A DNA stretch of 30,111 nt, taken from contig JAYZAY010000081.1 of assembly GCA_036339465.1 (NCBI GenBank), positions 1 to 30,111 on the forward strand, read 5' to 3'. Source of the stretch: Myxococcota bacterium (GTDB lineage Bacteria > Myxococcota > XYA12-FULL-58-9 > JABJBS01). Below the pieces are notes generated by a model. That model was not told where the DNA came from. It saw only the letters and a program-made list of their open reading frames with translations, and ran no database searches. The position numbers were made by a program, and so were the translations under genes. Below are positions 28,877 to 30,111 of this stretch, in pieces (the stretch's first letter is position 1; the number at the start of each line of letters is the position of its first letter).

Positions 28877-30111
28877 ATGGGTATTTCCAAGTCTTTTGGG
28901 TCGGCACTCTTTTCTTTTCTCGTTTTCTGTATTGGTTGTTCATCGCAATCGGATGTGGTTGCATTGGAGCTAGGGGCGGGTTGCCAGCCTCTTTTGAGTG
29001 GCATTGATTGTCTCTTGCCCTATCCCTCTGATTTCTTTTTGGTGCCCGATCCTTCTATGCTCAGTGGCAGGCGAATCCTTATCACGGGTGAGGCAAAACC
29101 ACTGACGGCGCAGGGAGAAAGTGCCGATACCAACGATGCAATTGCGCGAGATGGTTTTTCGAGAATTCCACCGATTATTACGACGTTGGGACAGGACCTT
29201 TCTGGCACGAAGTTCACAGGTATTCACGATGATTATGATGCCAGTCTCAACTTAAACCACCCCACCCTTTTGGTGGAGGCGGATACGGGCAAGCTTATTC
29301 CCCATTTTGTTGATTTGGACCCGAATGCAGAATCACCAGAGAGGCAGGCTTTGATTATTCGTCCCATTACAAATCTCAAAGAGGCCACGCGTTATGTCGT
29401 GGTTCTTCATCATTTAGTTTCTGTTGACGGGGGGGGGATTAAGATCCCAGAAGGCTTTAAGCGTCTACTTAGTGGGCAGATCTCAAACAAAGGCCCCCTC
29501 GTTGAGTTGCAGGAGCATTTCGATAACGCGATTTTCCCGGTTATCGCCAGGCTAGGATTAGAACGAAACAGGGTTCAACTTGCTTGGGATTTTACCACGG
29601 GAACTCAAGCGGATGTCTTACGAGATATGCTTCGGGTTCGTGCGTTGGTTTTAGATGAGCTGGCTTCTACTGCTCCAGAATTGGTGAGTTTAGAGATTGA
29701 AGAGCATGCAAGAGGGAAGACGTGGCGGACTCTTCGAGGGATACTCAAGGCTCCCATGGTATTGAAGAAAAAAGATTCCGGCTCGGATTTAAACCGTGAT
29801 TCTTGGGGGCAGGTGGCTTTGAACGGGGAGGTCGAGTTTTCATTTATAGCTCAGATACCTCGTGTTCTGAAGGATTCGGGGAAGGCTGGTCGGGTGCTAC
29901 AGTTTGGGCATGGGTTTTTGGGGGATAAGAGTGAAGGGGAGAATGGTGTTCCTCTGCACCTGGCCCAGGAATATGGAGCAGTCACTTTCCAAATCGATTG
30001 GTGGGGGCTTTGTAGGGATGATTTGGGCACGGTTGCTGAGGGGATGTCTGGCAATTTGTCCGATGCCCTTCAGACTTTAGAGAGGATTCCTCAGGCAATG
30101 GCCAATTGGAT
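28877..30111 (+). CDS. Lipoprotein, probable extracellular lipase-like alpha/beta hydrolase (partial, runs off window)
   Basis: My translation from ATG 28877 (GGAGAGG RBS) is open to the end: lipobox-like FCIG-C, CLLPYPSD.F, DGFS, LIIRP...L...TRY.V, LAWDFTTG, LQFGHGFLG, IDWWG. The nucleophile motif lies beyond the window. Confidence 0.8.
   Translation, partial: MGISKSFGSALFSFLVFCIGCSSQSDVVALELGAGCQPLLSGIDCLLPYPSDFFLVPDPSMLSGRRILITGEAKPLTAQGESADTNDAIARDGFSRIPPIITTLGQDLSGTKFTGIHDDYDASLNLNHPTLLVEADTGKLIPHFVDLDPNAESPERQALIIRPITNLKEATRYVVVLHHLVSVDGGGIKIPEGFKRLLSGQISNKGPLVELQEHFDNAIFPVIARLGLERNRVQLAWDFTTGTQADVLRDMLRVRALVLDELASTAPELVSLEIEEHARGKTWRTLRGILKAPMVLKKKDSGSDLNRDSWGQVALNGEVEFSFIAQIPRVLKDSGKAGRVLQFGHGFLGDKSEGENGVPLHLAQEYGAVTFQIDWWGLCRDDLGTVAEGMSGNLSDALQTLERIPQAMANW

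Noticed and set aside
1..30111. Mobile elements, prophage, defence systems, tRNA/rRNA
   Set aside because: No transposase, integrase, phage, nuclease or RT motifs, terminal repeats or cloverleaf-like sequences recognised by eye.

Overview
Bacterial chromosomal DNA with loosely packed, mostly unlinked genes and long gene-poor stretches. The lipoprotein and lipid-enzyme families are compatible with a Myxococcota/deltaproteobacterial genome, but that is inference only. Recognisable genes: a circularly permuted ATP-grasp ligase, CheD-like protein, PIG-L deacetylase/SIS fusion, AlkD-family DNA repair protein, TPR/2OG-Fe(II) oxygenase, HSDL2-like SDR, FMN glutamate-synthase-family protein, aceA, hemD, yaeQ, CrtI/RetSat-like oxidoreductase, lipoyl-less E2-like acyltransferase, GT-C glycosyltransferase, and a lipase-like lipoprotein running off the right edge (absent from the ORF track). 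Broken genes include a Sel1-repeat protein, a neutral ceramidase and a probable SAM-methyltransferase remnant. A 19 x 8 bp tandem array lies at 4858-5009. No rRNA, tRNA, CRISPR array or transposase was seen. The best novelty candidates are the deacetylase-deaminase fusion, an orphan CheD with catalytic Cys replaced by Ser, an orphan ATP-grasp with an extra N-terminal tail and internal insert, and a DER-motif acyltransferase paired with a flavin reductase. All assignments come from reading motifs by eye; no searches were run.
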